A DNA stretch of 30,671 nucleotides from [Scytonema hofmanni] UTEX 2349 (GTDB lineage Bacteria > Cyanobacteriota > Cyanobacteriia > Cyanobacteriales > Nostocaceae): the NCBI RefSeq assembly GCF_000582685.1, contig NZ_KK073768.1, positions 748,509 through 779,179 on the forward strand, read 5' to 3'. The notes beneath the pieces were generated by a model. The model made no database searches and was not told the origin of the DNA. It saw nothing but the letters and a program-made list of their open reading frames with translations. The position numbers and the translations under genes are program-made. Shown in pieces: positions 22,408 to 30,520 of this stretch (position 1 is the stretch's first letter; the number at the start of each line of letters is the position of its first letter).

Positions 22408-22450
22408 TTGTGGCGATCGCAAAATTGTTGTAGATTAGCGATCGCCACAA
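22408..22450 (-). terminator. 13-bp perfect hairpin built from two HIP1 sites, 3 nt after the antiporter stop
   Basis: TTGTGGCGATCGC, a 17-nt loop, then GCGATCGCCACAA. The downstream tract on the minus strand (aataatactttac) is only weakly U-rich. Confidence 0.35.
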
Positions 22451-22453
22451 ACA

Positions 22454-24520
22454 TCATGAGTTAGGTTCTCCTAGTAACACAATCGAACCTTTCAATTCTT
22501 TAATTACCTGCGTTGTCACTTCGCTTACAGATAAACCTCCTGCGGTACGATAGCGGACGGAACGCAAAACTACTAAATCAAATGCCTGAGCTTGCTGAAT
22601 AATTACTCTGGCAATGTAATCACCCCTAATTGTTTCGATATTTGTATTGACTTGTAACTTGCTTTGAGCAGTAACAGCAGATAACTGAGATACAAAGTTG
22701 TCAACTAAACTTTGAGGTGTTTTGCGATTGGACACATGTAACAACACAATTTCCGCCTGATTTGTATCAGCCAAAATTTGGGCAAACCGCACAGCACCTA
22801 TAGTTGGTCGCGTTAAATCTCCAATTGGTACGAGAATTCGCTTGATTTTTGTCGGGCTAGTCAAAAGGCGTGTTACTGCTACCGGACAGTGAGAAGACCA
22901 AAAGACGCTATCAATTACACTACCAAATAACCGGGCACGCAAGCCTGTAGTACGCGACCAACCCATAATTACTAAACTAGCATTTTGTTCTCGACTAGTA
23001 CGGCTAATTCCCAAAGCAATATCGTCATCAATCCGAATTAAAGGTGATACTTCAACTTCAAATTCTTGACTGATTTCTCTAGCTAATTGCAATCTTTTTT
23101 TACTTTTATCAAGTGCTGTGATTAATTCCGGAGCATCCATGTTAACATGAGCTTTTGTAATAGCTAATGGCACAATTTGTCCATGTTCGTGACGCGCCAA
23201 AAGTGCCGCCAATTCTATTAAATCGCGCTGGGTTTGAGGGTTGTATATCGGGACTACTACACTAAATAAATTATCAGTTTCCTCTAATATTTCTTCCTCA
23301 GAATCCCACCAAGTTGAGAGACGATCTGTTTCAACATCTGTTTGGCTAACTTGTAGCGAAGGAGCAACTCGTGCTGTAATCACTGGACCCAAAATAGCAG
23401 TAACCAGCATGAGAACAATTACACTGTTTAACACACCCTCACTAATTAGCCGCTCACCAGCAGGATTTAAACTTTGATAAGCAACTAACGTTGCTGCTAA
23501 GGTAGCTGCTACTTGTGGCAGAGACAATGACCACATTGTTAGCAGTTCTGCTGTGTTGTAACGATAGAAAAGTTTAGCTAAAAATGCCGCTAAAAATTTG
23601 CTGCCTATCAAAGCCACGACAATTGCCACAGTTAGCCAAATTGAACTGAGGGTTTTGATAAATGCCGGAATATCAATTAACAATCCCATGTCTACAAAGA
23701 AACAAGGGATAAACAAAACACTACCAATAAACTCTATTTTTTCTTTGACTGGGCTACGTCCTAAAACGTCGTTGACGGCTAAACCTGCTAAAAACGCTCC
23801 TACAATTTTTTCGACTCCAATTACCTGCGCTCCCACAGAAGCCAAAAACAATGCTAGTAAGATAAACAAAAACTGGTTGCTTTCTTCATCACCAGAGCGT
23901 TTAAAGAATTGTTTTCCTGCCCAGTCAAAGCCGAATAAGACAACAGCAGAGTAAATTGCTAATCCACCCAACAAAGTAACTAAACTTAAAGCCGAGAATT
24001 CTCCTCCATGAATCCCGACACAAATTGCTAGCACTAACAAAGCACCAGTATCGGTAAAAATCGTCGCCCCAATCGTGACTGTTACAGCTTCATTTGCCAC
24101 CACTCCCAAGCGACTAACAATTGGATATGCCAAAAGAGTATGAGAGGCAAGTAAAGAACCAATTAGAAAGGAAGAATTCCAGCTAAAATTAAATAACTTA
24201 CCGACAGCAATACCGGCAATTAATGGAACTAAAAAGGTCAGAGTTCCAAAGCCGATTGAGCGATTTTTGGTTCTCCGAAACTGCTCTAAATCAATTTCTA
24301 AACCTGCCACAAACATCAAATAAAGCTTGCCAATCTCCGAAAGCAATTTGATAGTGTCTGAGTCAGAGTCTAGTAGCTTAAGCCCGTTTTGACCTAATAC
24401 TACACCTGCTACCAACAAACCTACTAATCCAGGTACTCGCAGTTTCTCAAAAATAGGGGGTACAGTAAAGATTACTGTCAGAAGAATTGTAAATGCAATA
24501 ATAGGACTGTTTATTAGCAA
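22454..24520 (-). CDS. Cation:proton antiporter (CPA2/Kef-type Na+/H+ exchanger domain) fused to C-terminal tandem USP-like domains
   Basis: About 390 aa with 11-13 TM helices and the typical N-terminus (FEKLRVPGLVGLLVAGVVLGQNGL). The cytoplasmic C-terminal half has two USP-like segments (VVPIYNPQT...LVIMGWS; ILVPIGDLT...LVVL). The apparent start is TTG at 24520, with AAGGA 9 nt upstream. Confidence 0.8.
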   Translation of the reverse strand: MLINSPIIAFTILLTVIFTVPPIFEKLRVPGLVGLLVAGVVLGQNGLKLLDSDSDTIKLLSEIGKLYLMFVAGLEIDLEQFRRTKNRSIGFGTLTFLVPLIAGIAVGKLFNFSWNSSFLIGSLLASHTLLAYPIVSRLGVVANEAVTVTIGATIFTDTGALLVLAICVGIHGGEFSALSLVTLLGGLAIYSAVVLFGFDWAGKQFFKRSGDEESNQFLFILLALFLASVGAQVIGVEKIVGAFLAGLAVNDVLGRSPVKEKIEFIGSVLFIPCFFVDMGLLIDIPAFIKTLSSIWLTVAIVVALIGSKFLAAFLAKLFYRYNTAELLTMWSLSLPQVAATLAATLVAYQSLNPAGERLISEGVLNSVIVLMLVTAILGPVITARVAPSLQVSQTDVETDRLSTWWDSEEEILEETDNLFSVVVPIYNPQTQRDLIELAALLARHEHGQIVPLAITKAHVNMDAPELITALDKSKKRLQLAREISQEFEVEVSPLIRIDDDIALGISRTSREQNASLVIMGWSRTTGLRARLFGSVIDSVFWSSHCPVAVTRLLTSPTKIKRILVPIGDLTRPTIGAVRFAQILADTNQAEIVLLHVSNRKTPQSLVDNFVSQLSAVTAQSKLQVNTNIETIRGDYIARVIIQQAQAFDLVVLRSVRYRTAGGLSVSEVTTQVIKELKGSIVLLGEPNS

Positions 24521-24947
24521 GTTCGGTGTCCTTTTTTGGTAGATGAAATAAGTTGAGCAAAAATACTTGTCATAAATATATTATTTTAACAGCCAAATTT
24601 TATATTTACTTTAATTTTAGTAGCAAGTAAAATTAAGCTATTTACAATTTCATTTTATATTGTACTAGTGCTAAACCTAAAGATATAAATTTTGCTACTA
24701 TCTATAGGTAGATAAAAGTTATCTGTTAGAGCCAGCTTGAAAAAGGATAAAAAGTGTTGATTGCTCATGCCCAAAGCGATCGCCTTCTCCAAATCAAGCC
24801 GATTTCAGATATTGCCAGTACCACAAAAGTGTCAATTTCTTTTCTAACAAATTCAGCATTTTTTCTAAAAATCTATCTAACGGATGGTGTAACTAACTAT
24901 TTAAGAAGAAACTATGTGTATTGCACTACAAAAAAACTCTCGTTAAA

Positions 24948-25328
24948 ATGCATTACATAAAAACCTCTAACTCCTGTCGTATCTTGGTTGTGGATGATTT
25001 GCCAGATAATTTATTTTTGCTTCAAACACTTTTAGAAGCTGAGGGATATGAGGTAGAGACAGCTGATTCGGGTAGAGCAGCATTAATATCTCTTGAAAAC
25101 TGCCCTGCGAATTTGGTGTTGCTGGATATGATGATGCCCGATATGAACGGGTGTCAAGTAACGCAGCGAATTCGACAAAACCAACAGCTATCTCACATAC
25201 CTATAGTATTGATTACAGCATTCGATGAAGTAGATATTAACGAGGGATTATCAGTTGGGGCAAATGATTTTATTCGTAAACCTGTGGATTTTGAGGTATT
25301 GCTTTCTAGAATCAAGGCTTTCTTATAA
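24948..25328 (+). CDS. Single-domain response regulator (CheY-like receiver)
   Basis: ILVVDDLPDN acidic pocket, phospho-acceptor context LVLLDMMMPDMNG, LITA and the conserved K in FIRKP. I prefer ATG 24948 to the TTG at 24921 in the ORF track. Confidence 0.85.
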   Translation: MHYIKTSNSCRILVVDDLPDNLFLLQTLLEAEGYEVETADSGRAALISLENCPANLVLLDMMMPDMNGCQVTQRIRQNQQLSHIPIVLITAFDEVDINEGLSVGANDFIRKPVDFEVLLSRIKAFL

Positions 25329-25449
25329 TAAATACCTAAATTACTTGCGTTTGGTAGTGAAGATGGTAGTAAACATCATCAAGAAGCCACCTAAAAGTAT
25401 GGCGATCGCTAATCCTGCTGTTATTAAGTCGAGTGTATTAGTGTCCATT

Positions 25450-25596
25450 GTTAATTGTTAGTTGATAGTGGTTAGTTGTTGGTGGTTAGTTGTTAATTGT
25501 TAGTTGTTGGTGGTTAGTTGTTAGTTGTCAAAAAGTATTCCTAACAACTATCAAATATCAACTATCAAGCATCAACTATCAATTATCAACTAACCA
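25450..25596. repeat. Two opposed heptamer arrays (GTTAGTT-type x11, then CTATCAA/CTAACAA-type x8) forming a large imperfect palindrome
   Basis: 25450-25526 reads GTTAATT GTTAGTT GATAGTG GTTAGTT GTTGGTG GTTAGTT GTTAATT GTTAGTT GTTGGTG GTTAGTT GTTAGTT. A 14-nt spacer follows. 25541-25596 reads CTAACAA CTATCAA ATATCAA CTATCAA GCATCAA CTATCAA TTATCAA CTAACCA. The arrays lie between convergent genes. Confidence 0.85.
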
Positions 25597-25598
25597 AT

Positions 25599-26735
25599 TT
25601 AAAAATCTACCCCACGTTTGAGTTCTACGCCTTGATTTGCATAGTGTTTGTGGCAGTATACCTCAGAGTGAACGCTTGCCAAATCAAAGTATGCGGGTTG
25701 ATTTTGGCAGCGACCGGTGATAATAATTTCTGTATCACGGGGTTTACGAAGCAAAGCTTGGACAATTGGTTCAACTGGGAGTAGTTCCAAGTCAACGGTG
25801 GGATTGAGTTCATCAAGAATGATGGTTTTATAGAGTCCCGAAGCGATCGCGCATTTGGCGATTTCCCAACCGCGTTCGGCTTCCAGATAGTCTAATTCTT
25901 GCCGAGAATTGCGCCAGACGATCGCATCTCGTCCGCAGCGTTGATGATCTACGACCTCTGGATATGATTGTTGCAAAGCGGCGATCGCAGCATCTTCTGT
26001 GTAGCCACTACCACCTTTAAGCCACTGCATAATCAATACGCGAGTAGATCCCGGATGATTGATACCTCTACCAATGGCTTTCAACGCCCTACCCAAAGCG
26101 CTGGTAGACTTACCTTTGCCAGCACCCGTGTAAATTTCAATACCTTCAATCAAGAGTGCTTTTGCAGTTGGGTGATGCTGGGGTTTCATTTCCGAGTGCA
26201 AATCCGCAATATCGAGCAACTTTTGCGGTGCTGCGCGTCCGGTAGCAATAACTTCCAACTCTTGGGATTTGGCTTTGAGAGTCCGCACCACCTCATCCAC
26301 ATCCAGCAAACCCAAATCCAGAACGGGGTTGATTTCGTCAAAAACGACAACCGAATATAAACCGCTGGCGATCGCTCCTTTTGCCACATCCCAACCCCGC
26401 GCTGCCTCCTCTCGGTCAAAAGGGGTGATTTCGTCGTGACCAAAAAATTCAGCACGACCTGTGCGAACCTGGTCAATTAAATGAGGAAAACCGCGCTGTA
26501 AAGCTGCGATCGCCCCATCCTCGTCATAATCACGTTCTGGTCCCTTTAAAAACCGCAACAGTAAAACTCGGTTGGAATTGCTCGGTGTGTTTATCCCCAA
26601 GCCAATCGACCGCAAAACCACCCCTAAAGCAGCTTGGGATTTACCTTTCCCCACGCCATCATAAACGTGAATTTGACCAGTGAGCCGTTCAGAACGCACT
26701 TGCGCCGTGCGAATACCTATGCCGTTCCTTGTCAT
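25599..26735 (-). CDS. Tandem-domain CobA/CobO/BtuR-type P-loop protein (cob(I)yrinic acid a,c-diamide adenosyltransferase-like, duplicated)
   Basis: The two homologous halves each have a P-loop (HVYDGVGKGKSQAALG; EIYTGAGKGKSTSALG), LLRFLKG/IMQWLKG, a W..AK.AIASGLY block and VVFDEINP/IILDELNP. I prefer ATG 26735. The ORF track starts at a TTG at 26744. Confidence 0.75.
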   Translation of the reverse strand: MTRNGIGIRTAQVRSERLTGQIHVYDGVGKGKSQAALGVVLRSIGLGINTPSNSNRVLLLRFLKGPERDYDEDGAIAALQRGFPHLIDQVRTGRAEFFGHDEITPFDREEAARGWDVAKGAIASGLYSVVVFDEINPVLDLGLLDVDEVVRTLKAKSQELEVIATGRAAPQKLLDIADLHSEMKPQHHPTAKALLIEGIEIYTGAGKGKSTSALGRALKAIGRGINHPGSTRVLIMQWLKGGSGYTEDAAIAALQQSYPEVVDHQRCGRDAIVWRNSRQELDYLEAERGWEIAKCAIASGLYKTIILDELNPTVDLELLPVEPIVQALLRKPRDTEIIITGRCQNQPAYFDLASVHSEVYCHKHYANQGVELKRGVDF

Positions 26736-26797
26736 AAGAGCCAAAAGCTGTAACGTGGCAGTATCTCATCTTATCGAACCTCTTGCACTATCGGCTA

Positions 26798-26944
26798 GGG
26801 CATAGGGCATGGGGCAATGGGCAATGGGCAATGGGCAATGGGCAATGGGCAATGGGCAATGGGCAATGGGCAATGGGCATTGGGCAATGGGCATTGGGCA
26901 ATGGGCATTGGGCAATGGGCAATGGGCATTGGGCAATGGGCAAT
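26798..26944 (+). repeat. STRR-like tandem heptamer array, 21 units of GGGCA(A/T)(T/A/G)
   Basis: Counted directly. The units are GGGCATA, GGGCATG, 9x GGGCAAT, then GGGCATT and GGGCAAT interleaved. 147 nt = 21 x 7. The array starts 54-63 nt upstream of the CobO-like gene start, depending on the start codon used. Confidence 0.95.
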
Positions 26945-26995
26945 GAGAATTAAAAAAATTGAATAAAGCAACTGCGTGAATAAATACGATTCTTT

Positions 26996-27021
26996 CCATG
27001 CCCCATGCCCCATGCCCCAAT
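26996..27021. repeat. Inverted short array (CCCCATG x3) complementary to the left end of the 26798 array
   Basis: ccatgccccatgccccatgccccaat is the reverse complement of GGGCATG-type units at 26805-26818. Confidence 0.85.
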
Positions 27022-27062
27022 CTTGTAAAGTTTTGCAATACCATAACCAAAAGAACAAAAAG

Positions 27063-27683
27063 ATGGTACAAGACTGGAAGAATGAGATAATTTTCCCTAT
27101 CATTCTGAATCTCTCAGTTATACTCTCTCAAGTCAACCTTATACCTCACCCTTTTATGTTTGAATATCCTGAACTTCCGACAACTTTTCCCCTTGGTGCC
27201 ATTTTGTTTGATTTTTTATTTTTATTGGTTGCTATACCCATAGAAGGGTATGTTTTGAATGTTAGGTTAAGATTTGACAAAAAAACTAGCATTTTTTATG
27301 CCATCTGTATCAATCTGTTTACTGCTGTGATTGGTTGGATAAGTTTTTTCTTTATCGAGCCAGTTTTACCAGTTAATTTAAAATCACAACTAATCAGTTA
27401 TGTCTTTTTTAATCAATATAATGTCCAGTCCTTAATGATTTTGGTTGCTTTTATAATTTTTTTCACGACTTTCTTGCTGAAATACTTTCTATTAAAGCTT
27501 GTTTTGCTATCACTAGCTGAACCAATAAAAAATGAATTAGAACTTCAAGCATATCCACGTCGTAACTTCCGGCGTGCTAACAAGGCTAAATTGCAGAATA
27601 CAAATTTAGTGACTACTATACTAATAGCGAATTCACTTAGCTATACTGCAATTGTGATAATTTTGTTGATTCGCTCTAGATAA
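27063..27683 (+). CDS. Hypothetical polytopic membrane protein (start uncertain)
   Basis: AT-rich ORF with at least 5 hydrophobic helices (for example [64 protein letters not shown]). The ORF-track start at 26976 lies inside the heptamer repeat, so I use ATG 27063. No family recognised. Confidence 0.45.
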   Translation: MVQDWKNEIIFPIILNLSVILSQVNLIPHPFMFEYPELPTTFPLGAILFDFLFLLVAIPIEGYVLNVRLRFDKKTSIFYAICINLFTAVIGWISFFFIEPVLPVNLKSQLISYVFFNQYNVQSLMILVAFIIFFTTFLLKYFLLKLVLLSLAEPIKNELELQAYPRRNFRRANKAKLQNTNLVTTILIANSLSYTAIVIILLIRSR

Positions 27684-27816
27684 ATGTAAAATTAAATCAT
27701 TAAGTCAAAAATGTTGAATGTCAAATAAATCAAGTTTGTTTATGTTCAACTATTACTTGTTTACTTAAAGAGTAAGTAAAAATAAAATTTACCAGAGTAA
27801 TTAAGAGGAGTGAAAT

Positions 27817-28848
27817 ATGAATTTCTTGTTTTTAAAAGATTTATTTGGCGTATTTAAATTTCTCGAAGATATTTATGGGCGAATAAGAAGATTATTGGTT
27901 CCACCGAAAGCCTACTCTTGGCAAACATTAATTTATTTGAGTATTTTTTCTTGGTTTGCCTCATCTTTGGCTGTAGGTTATGTAAGAGATATAATTTCAT
28001 TTTTCGGCTGGTTATTTTTAATTGCTGGAACATCTTGGTATACCACTGATGATCCTTTAAGAATTCCCGGTACTTTTATGCCAGTAGGGGCAGTATTAAC
28101 GGGATTTTTAGTGAGTGTTTTTGCTTTTGGACAAGGGGAAGATGTAATTACACCACGAACAATCGTGCTTTGGCCAACCATTTCAGCACTAATTACAGCA
28201 ATTCCCGAATTTTTTGAAGGAAGTGGTACTGATGTGCAAACACAAATTCCTAAGCCAGAAATCCGGCAAAAACTAATAGTCATGGTTGCCAGTTGTATGA
28301 TACTAAGTTGCTGGATTCAGTTTTACTTTGTTATGGATAATTGGTTAACACAATATCCCAGTTTGCAAGCAAATGATTTTAAGAAAAGTACATTTGTGAT
28401 TAGAACAGAATCCCCAGATAAAATACCGACAAATGGTGTGTTGATTATCAATAAACTTCAGCCATTAGTAGAAGAACAAGTAGGTGGAAGACCTTGGTCG
28501 GAAGTAGAAAGATGGTTAATAAATGCGGATCAACAAGTAGGAAATTTGGGTAGACGAGTTATAGAAAGAAATTTAGCAAAATATGAAGAGAAAGAATTGT
28601 GGGTTGTTAGACCGCGTGTAGTTAATACAAAATCTGGGTATACATTAGATTTGTTAAGTATCTGGACAGGTCCAAGTTCCAACCCACGCGGATTTTATGT
28701 GAAAAAGTCTTGTAAGGTTGAGCCAGTCGCAGCACCAACAAACTCAAACATCGCCAATGTGAGCAAACCAGATAAAGCCACCGTAGCAGAAATTGACTGC
28801 GATCGCGTTCCTAAATTTATTGCCGGCTCACCTCCAGCGCAGCAGTAA
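27817..28848 (+). CDS. Hypothetical membrane protein (N-terminal 4-5 TM helices plus a C-terminal soluble domain of about 150 aa)
   Basis: A strong SD (AAGAGGAG) lies 7-8 nt upstream of the ATG. TM segments include LIYLSIFSWFASSLAVGYV, FFGWLFLIAGTSWY, VGAVLTGFLVSVFAF and LIVMVASCMILSCWIQFYFV. It looks like a cyanobacterial conserved hypothetical. I cannot name the family with confidence. Confidence 0.6.
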   Translation: MNFLFLKDLFGVFKFLEDIYGRIRRLLVPPKAYSWQTLIYLSIFSWFASSLAVGYVRDIISFFGWLFLIAGTSWYTTDDPLRIPGTFMPVGAVLTGFLVSVFAFGQGEDVITPRTIVLWPTISALITAIPEFFEGSGTDVQTQIPKPEIRQKLIVMVASCMILSCWIQFYFVMDNWLTQYPSLQANDFKKSTFVIRTESPDKIPTNGVLIINKLQPLVEEQVGGRPWSEVERWLINADQQVGNLGRRVIERNLAKYEEKELWVVRPRVVNTKSGYTLDLLSIWTGPSSNPRGFYVKKSCKVEPVAAPTNSNIANVSKPDKATVAEIDCDRVPKFIAGSPPAQQ

Positions 28849-28852
28849 ATAA

Positions 28853-28920
28853 GACAGGGGGACAAGGGGACAAGGGGACAAGGGGACAAGGGGGACAAGG
28901 GGGACAAGGGGGACAAGGGG
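28853..28920 (+). repeat. G-tract tandem array: GACA(A/G)GGG x4, then GACAAGGGG x4
   Basis: Counted directly. The array starts 5 nt after the stop codon at 28848. The period shifts from 8 to 9 nt. Confidence 0.9.
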
Positions 28921-28946
28921 GAAAGTCAGTAATATTTTTTGTTAAG

Positions 28947-29005
28947 TAACAACCAACACCTAACAACTAACAACTAACAACCAACACCTAACAACTAACA
29001 ACTAA
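28947..29005 (+). repeat. Heptamer array with a 28-nt super-unit (CAACCAA CACCTAA CAACTAA CAACTAA) x2
   Basis: Read directly. It is the reverse-complement family of the GTTAGTT/GTTGGTG array at 25450-25526. It ends 6 nt before the ATG at 29012. Confidence 0.9.
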
Positions 29006-29011
29006 ATAGTT

Positions 29012-29791
29012 ATGAATTTGGGCAGAATTTTTGTGCTAGCAACGAATGTGTTTCGGGAAGTGGTACGCGATCGCATTCTGTATATTATCGGTTTTTATAC
29101 GGTAATAGTGTCCGTTGCCATCCGCTTACTTCCGGAATTTGCTGCTTCGACAGAAGATAAAATGTTTTTAGACTTTGGTCTAGCAGTGATGAATATCCTC
29201 GGCTTAATTGTTGCCGTATTTGTGGGTACAGGACTAGTTAACAAAGAAATTGAGAAACGCACTATTTTAGTGTTAATTACCAAACCAGTCAGTCATAGTG
29301 AATTTATTACTGGTAAATATTTCGGGTTATTAACAGTACTAGCTACACTTGTTGCAGCTATGACGGCGATTTTTCTAGGATTTTTGCAGTTGGGTGATGT
29401 TCCTCATTCCACACCAAGTATTTTAATTGCTGTGGTTTTTCTATTTTTGCAACTAGCTTTAATTACTGCTGTAGCTATTGCCTTAGGTGTGTTTACTAGT
29501 TCCCTGTTAGCAACTGCTTTAACATTTGCAGTGTATTTAATCGGGAACATTACTCAAGATTTAGTAAAACTTGGTCGTTTGGGAAATAATAAGAGTATTG
29601 AAAGCCTCACTCAAGGATTGTATCTGCTCTTGCCTGATTTATCTCGATTAGATTTAAAAAATGATGCTGTTTATGGTGTTGCAGCGCTACCGGACTCAAT
29701 GGCACTAATTACGAATGCTGGTTATGCCTTGCTTTACAGTGTCATTTTGTTAGCGATCGCTATCTTTATCTTTTCCCGACGTGAGTTTTAA
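29012..29791 (+). CDS. ABC-2 type transporter permease subunit (six TM helices), no cognate ATPase in the window
   Basis: 259 aa. The N-terminus (IFVLATNVFREVVRDRILYI) and the topology are typical of ABC-2/NosY-like permeases. The assignment is by pattern only. Confidence 0.55.
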   Translation: MNLGRIFVLATNVFREVVRDRILYIIGFYTVIVSVAIRLLPEFAASTEDKMFLDFGLAVMNILGLIVAVFVGTGLVNKEIEKRTILVLITKPVSHSEFITGKYFGLLTVLATLVAAMTAIFLGFLQLGDVPHSTPSILIAVVFLFLQLALITAVAIALGVFTSSLLATALTFAVYLIGNITQDLVKLGRLGNNKSIESLTQGLYLLLPDLSRLDLKNDAVYGVAALPDSMALITNAGYALLYSVILLAIAIFIFSRREF

Positions 29792-29793
29792 TT

Positions 29794-29849
29794 ATTAGTT
29801 ATTAGTCATTAGTTATGAGTCAAAAATACGACAATAAGAAATGACTAAT
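29794..29849. repeat. Heptamers ATTAGTT ATTAGTC ATTAGTT ATGAGTC plus an inverted copy forming a 10-bp perfect hairpin (ATTAGTCATT / AATGACTAAT)
   Basis: Read directly. It lies between the convergent permease and pentapeptide-repeat genes. Confidence 0.8.
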
Positions 29850-29863
29850 CACTTCATCACTCA

Positions 29864-30520
29864 TTAACAAAACATGATTTGAGGGTATTGAATCGTTCCA
29901 TCAGGCATAACAGCATCCCATAGCTTGGCATGAATCAAGTTTGCCTCCCAAAGGTTCGCTCCACTTAAGTTTGCCTCAGTTAAGTTTGCACTAGTTAGAT
30001 CTGCACTGCTTAAATTGGCTTTCTTTAAATTAGCTTCGAGCAAAATCGCACCACATAGCTTTGCTCCCACTAAATTTGCTCTCATTAAGTTGGCTTCAAT
30101 TAATGATGCTTCAATCAAGTTAGCTTCAGTCAAATTTGCTTCGCTCAAATCTGCACCGCACAACGATGCTCCCCAAAGCTTACTTTTTGTTAAATTTACT
30201 CTCCACAAAAAAGCACAACACAAATTAGCTCGCGTTAAATCAGCATTTTTCAAATTAGCCTCACATAATGAAGCTTCATATAAATAAGCTGACTGCAAAT
30301 TGGCTCCGCTTAAATTTGCACCACTAAGATTTGCCCCAACAAGCACAGATCCACTCAAATTTGCCCCACTTAAATCTGCTCCTATCAAATTAATTCCACT
30401 TAAGTCAACTGCCCTAAGGTCGATTCCACTCAAGTCACATCCACTAAAATCTTCTCGTTGAAAAGACTTTTGTGTAATTTGACTTAGAATGAATTCTTGT
30501 TTATCAGCATAATTTATCAT
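29864..30520 (-). CDS. Pentapeptide-repeat protein
   Basis: About 35 consecutive A(D/N)LXX pentapeptides (ANLSGANLSGANLQSAYLYEASLCEANLKNADL...). Confidence 0.92.
   Translation of the reverse strand: MINYADKQEFILSQITQKSFQREDFSGCDLSGIDLRAVDLSGINLIGADLSGANLSGSVLVGANLSGANLSGANLQSAYLYEASLCEANLKNADLTRANLCCAFLWRVNLTKSKLWGASLCGADLSEANLTEANLIEASLIEANLMRANLVGAKLCGAILLEANLKKANLSSADLTSANLTEANLSGANLWEANLIHAKLWDAVMPDGTIQYPQIMFC

Noticed and set aside
25255-25461. 68-aa + strand ORF overlapping the response-regulator 3' end
   Set aside because: It is out of frame within the receiver gene and runs into the heptamer array. No start context.
26766-27103. Two overlapping minus-strand ORFs of about 101 aa encoding HCPLPIA repeats
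   Set aside because: They are pure translations of the GGGCAAT heptamer array. Because 7 is not a multiple of 3, the array cycles through all three frames and gives a 7-aa periodic peptide. They are artefacts.
26798-29005. Tandem heptamer, octamer and nonamer arrays considered as CRISPR or minisatellite-encoded peptides
   Set aside because: The units are 7-9 nt, contiguous and without spacers, which fits STRR-type simple tandem repeats. The ORF 28695-28916 (-) through the G-tract array is a repeat artefact.
30015-30287. 90-aa + strand ORF inside the pentapeptide-repeat gene
   Set aside because: It is an antisense reading of a 15-nt periodic repeat. The sense strand gives canonical A(D/N)LXX pentapeptides.
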